Assembly (NCBI GenBank): GCA_050331735.1
Contig: JBHJGN010000014.1
Span: 1 to 64,000 of the forward strand
DNA length: 64,000 nt
Direction: 5' to 3'
Origin: Cyanophyceae cyanobacterium
GTDB taxonomy: Bacteria; Cyanobacteriota; Cyanobacteriia; Cyanobacteriales; JBHJGN01
Shown: positions 59,652-64,000 of the stretch, piece by piece
How the letters are laid out: each line of letters begins with the position of its first letter
Numbering within the stretch: the first letter of the stretch is position 1
Notes under the pieces: generated by a model
What the model was told of the DNA's origin: nothing
Seen by the model: only the letters and a program-made list of their open reading frames with translations
Databases searched by the model: none
Position numbers and translations under genes: made by a program

Positions 59652-61823
59652 TCATTGATTAATCACGACGGCTCTTGACGGAGAGGAAGCTGTCAGAGAC
59701 ACAATCTGGTCAAAGCGAAACTGGCTGACGAGATGATTGAGTCCGCCGATAAGCTGGGCGTTCTCCTCGGGAATTTCTTGAATCAGAGCCGTCACCAGCT
59801 CAGCATCGACCTGGGTAGCCGCGTTTCGCAGTTGAGCGACCCAGTCGGCAGACATGGTTTGCAGGGCGTCGGGAGCCAATACGGGCAGCGGTAGCGGCTC
59901 ATCGGACGCTTCATCCTTGTAGTCGTACCGCACCTTAAGATGTTCGGCGATGCAGTTTAACAGGATCTCCTCTCGAAAGGGCTTGCGAATAAAATCGTCA
60001 CAGCCCGCTGCGAGGATGGCGTTGCGCTCTTCTTCAAAGGCACTGGCGGTCAGAGCCAGAATGGTCGTAGCCTGTCCTTGAGGATGAGCTTTAATCTGTT
60101 TGGCGGCTTCGTACCCGTTCATCACTGGCATGCACATATCCATTAAAATCAGATGCGGGTTCCACGATTCCCAAAGCGCAATGCCTTCCTGACCATTCTT
60201 GGCCTGCCGCACCGCAAACCCCAAAGCAGTCAGCAGCTTCACCAGCAGTTTCCGGTTTTCCCAGCGGTCTTCAACAACAAGCAGGCGATACTGGGGTTGA
60301 TTAGCCGCGAGGCGAATCGGTCGGCGTTGGGATTGCTGGGTCTTGACTAAATCATCGGCCTGGGCTAGCCTGACCGGAACGCGACACCGAAAGATGCTGC
60401 CCTTTCCCAGAGTACTGTCAACGCTCATGTTTCCTCCCATGAGCTGAGCGAACTTTTGGCTAATCGACAATCCTAGGCCCGTTCCTGTTTGAGATTGTCG
60501 TCCGGTGGTAGTTTGCACGAAGGCCTCAAACAGGGTGTCCAGCTCCTCGACGGCAATGCCGGGTCCAGTGTCTTCCACCTCAAACACAATGGTGCAGCTT
60601 GTTTCGTCTTCGCTATCCTGAGGGCCCACGCCGACCCGCAGCGTCACGCCCCCTGTAGCCGTGAATTTGATGGCGTTGCTCAGCAGATTGATCAATACCT
60701 GCTGCAGCTTGCCTTCGTCGGTATAAACGTAGCGCGGCACTTGCGTCGAGCAGTCGCAGATGAGCTGTAGTCGTTTGGCTGCGGCTTTCAGCTTGAGCAT
60801 CTCTTCCAGACTGCTCAGCAGACGATGCAGATCGAAGCTATTACAGTTGAGCGTGGCGCGACCAGCTTCGATTTTCGACATTTCAAGAACATCGTTAATA
60901 AGCTGAAGCAGATGTTCGCCACTGCGGTTGATAATTCTGAGCTGTTCCTGCTGCGGAGCGGTGAGCGGTTCGCGCAGCAACAGTTGCGTAAAGCCTAAAA
61001 TGGCGTTGAGCGGAGTTCGCAGTTCGTGGCTCATCCGAGCGAGAAACTCGCTTTTTGTGCGGTTGGCGGTTTCAGCTTTGAGCCGGGCCGTTTCGGCTGC
61101 TTTCGTGCTAGCGGCCAGTTGAGCCGTGCGTTCGGCTACTCTCTGCTCTAGGTGTTTGTTGGCTTCCTGAAGATCTGACTGCGCCTGAAGGCGCTCAAGT
61201 TCTTCCATCGCTAGAGAAACAAAATCTGCTAAAGAGCCGGCAAAATGCTCTTCTTCTAACGTCCACTGGCGCCTAGAATTAAGGTGTTCGTTGCAGACAA
61301 TGCCGACAAGTTTACCGTCTCGTCGGATGGGCGCGTCTAGCCAAGACGCAATCTGAAAGGGAGTCAGGTAGGTTGCTGCCAGCTCTTGAGTGCGGCGATC
61401 GCGGCAGACATCGCTCACGGCAATCATCCTCTCATCTTGAAGGGCTTGGAAGTAGGCCGGACAGTCGCAGGCTGAAAGCGTCATGCCGCTTTGGTGAGTA
61501 TCTGTACTGCGTTCATAAAGATTCAAACACCGCAGGCGCGATCGCTTCTCATTGTACAGCCAGATACTAGAGCGTTCTACCTCAAGAGTGTGGGCGGCAA
61601 TCTGAGTAAATAGCTGCACCGCCGCCGGGAGATTTTCTCGGAGCAGCGGTCTCTGTTTTGTTAATTCCAGCAGCGCTTGGCTCTGTCGCTGTAGCCGTCG
61701 ATTTGTCTCCTGAAGCGCCATTTCGGCCTGCTTCCGCTCAGTGATGTCGTGAAACACAATGAATAGTCTCTCCCTACTCGGATCAGTAAGCTCCCCAACC
61801 TCGTAAAACGAGGAGCCAGACAT
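59652..61823 (-). CDS. Hybrid histidine kinase (PAC remnant, GAF, HisKA, HATPase, REC)
   Basis: DITERKQAE, GAF domain, SHELRTPL, NAIKFT, GTGLGL and REC DMCMP motifs. Confidence 0.9.
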   Translation of the reverse strand: MSGSSFYEVGELTDPSRERLFIVFHDITERKQAEMALQETNRRLQRQSQALLELTKQRPLLRENLPAAVQLFTQIAAHTLEVERSSIWLYNEKRSRLRCLNLYERSTDTHQSGMTLSACDCPAYFQALQDERMIAVSDVCRDRRTQELAATYLTPFQIASWLDAPIRRDGKLVGIVCNEHLNSRRQWTLEEEHFAGSLADFVSLAMEELERLQAQSDLQEANKHLEQRVAERTAQLAASTKAAETARLKAETANRTKSEFLARMSHELRTPLNAILGFTQLLLREPLTAPQQEQLRIINRSGEHLLQLINDVLEMSKIEAGRATLNCNSFDLHRLLSSLEEMLKLKAAAKRLQLICDCSTQVPRYVYTDEGKLQQVLINLLSNAIKFTATGGVTLRVGVGPQDSEDETSCTIVFEVEDTGPGIAVEELDTLFEAFVQTTTGRQSQTGTGLGLSISQKFAQLMGGNMSVDSTLGKGSIFRCRVPVRLAQADDLVKTQQSQRRPIRLAANQPQYRLLVVEDRWENRKLLVKLLTALGFAVRQAKNGQEGIALWESWNPHLILMDMCMPVMNGYEAAKQIKAHPQGQATTILALTASAFEEERNAILAAGCDDFIRKPFREEILLNCIAEHLKVRYDYKDEASDEPLPLPVLAPDALQTMSADWVAQLRNAATQVDAELVTALIQEIPEENAQLIGGLNHLVSQFRFDQIVSLTASSPSRAVVINQ

Positions 61824-62084
61824 CGGTCAATATTGAGTTCCAGGGGAAGCGGCTGAACCAATAGCCTTTGGTTCTATTCTGGAGTTGCTAGCAGCAGAAG
61901 ACCACCGTATAATCATGGAAGTTATTTAACGCTTGTTGATCCGTTAAAACGAGGTTTTCTGGTGGCGCTGTCACGTTTTTGCTGAAGCAACACTACTTAA
62001 TTTTGGGTTGATTGTTGCTGGTTAATGGGGGAATAGAGTGCCATCAACAATCATCTATCAACGCTGACATGATACAGAAGAAGC

Positions 62085-62951
62085 TTAGAGGGCGTTTTGA
62101 ATCTCTCGTTGATGGGACGCTACTTTAGCTTGTGCTAGTTGAGCAGCGAGGGTAGAGGGAGGAAGCTGAGCTAGTTGATCGATAGCGGCTTGCCATTGAG
62201 CGATCGCTCTTTGTTTCTGGGCAGCATCTGAGCGATAAAAGAGCTGTTTGGCAGCAAGCAAATTCGCTTCTGTCTGCTCGAGTTGCGCCATAGCGTTTTG
62301 TTCTTGAAAAATTTTCGCTTCCATGCGGGCAATGCCAGTCCGCGCCTGCTTGAATTCATCGAGGGTAAAGCGCCAGTGACAGCTAAACCACTGGCAGTAA
62401 GCTTGGGGTTCGTATCCTAAAAACCAGACTGGCAGAGCCTCTAAATTCTGTTTTGCCGCTGCCACTTTCTCAGCCCCGAGTTCAAAATCTGCTGCACTGG
62501 TAGCGTAATTCACAAGCTGATCGGCTTGTTCGACGTGGGCAAGCGCCTCTCGGTAATGGCGATCCATACTGATATAGCTGGGCAATAGTAAAATTGGCGC
62601 GACTCTGGCGACAGGTCTGCGAATCATTGGGTAGGGTAGATTGACGGCCCATCCCAAACCAACAACGCCAGCGAAACAAGCAATGACCACCGGAACTTTT
62701 TGCAGTGGACTAGGAGGACGATTAGCTTTTGCGGCAGCTTTTAATACTTTCCGGTCAAAGTTAGGAAAAATATCGCTAACAATGTGCCGCAGTTCTGCTT
62801 CATTAAGCGGAGCTCCTGGCTGCACCTGTAATTTTTGCAGTCGCCTTAGCAGAATGTCCCGCTGCACTTCAGTAGCGATAGTGCTATTAGCAGTGCATTG
62901 AGCGACTTCATCGGTCAAAATCTTCCAGGCTTTAGGGGTAAGACGAGACAT
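62085..62951 (-). CDS. Conserved cyanobacterial single-TM helical protein
   Basis: TM segment followed by NLPYPMIR.PVA..AP.LLLPS, LPVWFLG and C.W..C.W.FT.DEF motifs. Confidence 0.75.
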   Translation of the reverse strand: MSRLTPKAWKILTDEVAQCTANSTIATEVQRDILLRRLQKLQVQPGAPLNEAELRHIVSDIFPNFDRKVLKAAAKANRPPSPLQKVPVVIACFAGVVGLGWAVNLPYPMIRRPVARVAPILLLPSYISMDRHYREALAHVEQADQLVNYATSAADFELGAEKVAAAKQNLEALPVWFLGYEPQAYCQWFSCHWRFTLDEFKQARTGIARMEAKIFQEQNAMAQLEQTEANLLAAKQLFYRSDAAQKQRAIAQWQAAIDQLAQLPPSTLAAQLAQAKVASHQREIQNAL

Positions 62952-63322
62952 AATCTTCTTGGGCTATCTAACGTTTAGCTTTCCCAAAGCTCCCTCAATT
63001 TGCACAAAACCCAGACGAGGAAAAAGTTCGGATGTAACTCACCTCGAGACTTTTAGCAGTAAAGGATTGAGAGTTTAACAGTGTAGTTGAGCGACAGCAG
63101 ATTGTCTTGTCTCATAAATATTTGTCTCGACACTAACTCGTTTGCTTTTCATATCAATTTTTTTTGATACAATTAAACAGTTCAGATATCTCAAGTTTTG
63201 TTGAAATTATAGGAAGGTTTAAATGTCTCGATGATTTAATTTGAGCAGATACTTGCTGGACTGGTATATCGCACTGGTTCCAGGGAGAGATCTAAACTTT
63301 TTAAGCAATTGGGAGCAAAGTT

Positions 63323-64000
63323 ATGAGAAAACTGATCGAAGCGACTATTGCTGGCTGTAGTTTAGCGGTCATGGCCGTTGGCTGTGCGTCACCGACAGCT
63401 CAGCAGGAACAACAGCGGCAGCCAATTACGATCGATGGTTCTAGTACAGTTTTTCCGATTACGGAAGCGATCGCTGATGCCTACGGGCAAACTCAGCCCG
63501 AGCCGGTCGAGATTAACGTCAGCTTTTCGGGAACCGGAGGCGGCTTTGAAAAATTCTGCGCCGGGGAAACTGATATTAATAATGCCTCTCGCCCGATTCT
63601 TGAGGCTGAGTTGGCCGCCTGTGATGAAGCGGGAGTGCGCTTTATCGAGCTGCCGATTGCGTTTGATGCCCTGACGGTAGTGGTCAACCAGCAAAATACT
63701 TGGGCTGAGGATATTACCACCGAAGAACTCAGATCTCTTTGGGAATCAAGCGCTCAAGGAGAAATTACTCGCTGGAACCAGGTGCGTTCTAGCTGGCCAG
63801 ATCAACCGATTACTCTTTTCGGTCCAGGACAGGATTCGGGAACCTACGACTATTTTACAGAAGTGGTTATTGAAGGAGAGAGCCGCAGTGATTTTGTGGC
63901 TAGCGAAGATGACGACGTTTTAGCAACAGGCGTTAGTCAAGACCCTAACGCTCTGGGGTACTTTGGCTTTGCCTATTACGAGGAAAATCAAGATCTCAAG
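63323..64000 (+). CDS. pstS: Phosphate ABC transporter substrate-binding lipoprotein, partial (runs off the window)
   Basis: MRKLIEATIAGCSLAVMAVGC lipobox, IDGSSTVFPI, GTGGGFEKFC, NASRPI and DSGTYDYF motifs. Absent from the ORF track because there is no stop codon in the window. Confidence 0.93.
   Translation, partial: MRKLIEATIAGCSLAVMAVGCASPTAQQEQQRQPITIDGSSTVFPITEAIADAYGQTQPEPVEINVSFSGTGGGFEKFCAGETDINNASRPILEAELAACDEAGVRFIELPIAFDALTVVVNQQNTWAEDITTEELRSLWESSAQGEITRWNQVRSSWPDQPITLFGPGQDSGTYDYFTEVVIEGESRSDFVASEDDDVLATGVSQDPNALGYFGFAYYEENQDLK

Larger units (their letters stand above)
296..63475. repeat. HIP1 octamer GCGATCGC, dispersed
   Basis: More than 50 occurrences by manual count, against about one expected by chance in 64 kb. 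Confidence 0.95.

Noticed and set aside
61827..61829. In-frame TGA upstream of the hybrid kinase as a selenocysteine or readthrough site
   Set aside because: No SECIS-like hairpin is evident and the context is not a redox motif. Decay is the simpler explanation.
63180..63322. Pho box upstream of pstS
   Set aside because: Only loose TTAA/CTAAAC matches; I could not find tandem repeats with an 11-nt period.

Overview
Core-genome segment of a cyanobacterium: the HIP1 octamer GCGATCGC occurs more than 50 times by manual count, and a split dnaE-c with an IntC intein, a ycf29-like regulator and a ycf41-type SSB are present. Housekeeping genes include aspS, the purC-bamA-lpxC-fabZ-lpxA-lpxB block, dnaG, dusB, secA, two cation/H+ antiporters, several signalling proteins and the start of pstS. 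The window opens in the 3' end and right-end hairpin of an IS200/IS605 tnpB element. The less ordinary content is: (i) at least eight intergenic composite repeats built from GGGAAA/TTTCCC arms carrying 13-14 nt mini-hairpins whose stems co-vary; (ii) a five-gene SWIM / DUF5691-like / MoxR (YehL) / YehM / VWA operon of unknown function, near a dGTPase; (iii) an FHA-MshEN-like fusion; (iv) an unannotated 36-aa membrane peptide ORF with its own terminator; (v) a palindromic in-frame insertion in aspS. I saw no CRISPR array, rRNA or tRNA. All product calls come from motif recognition by eye, not from database searches.
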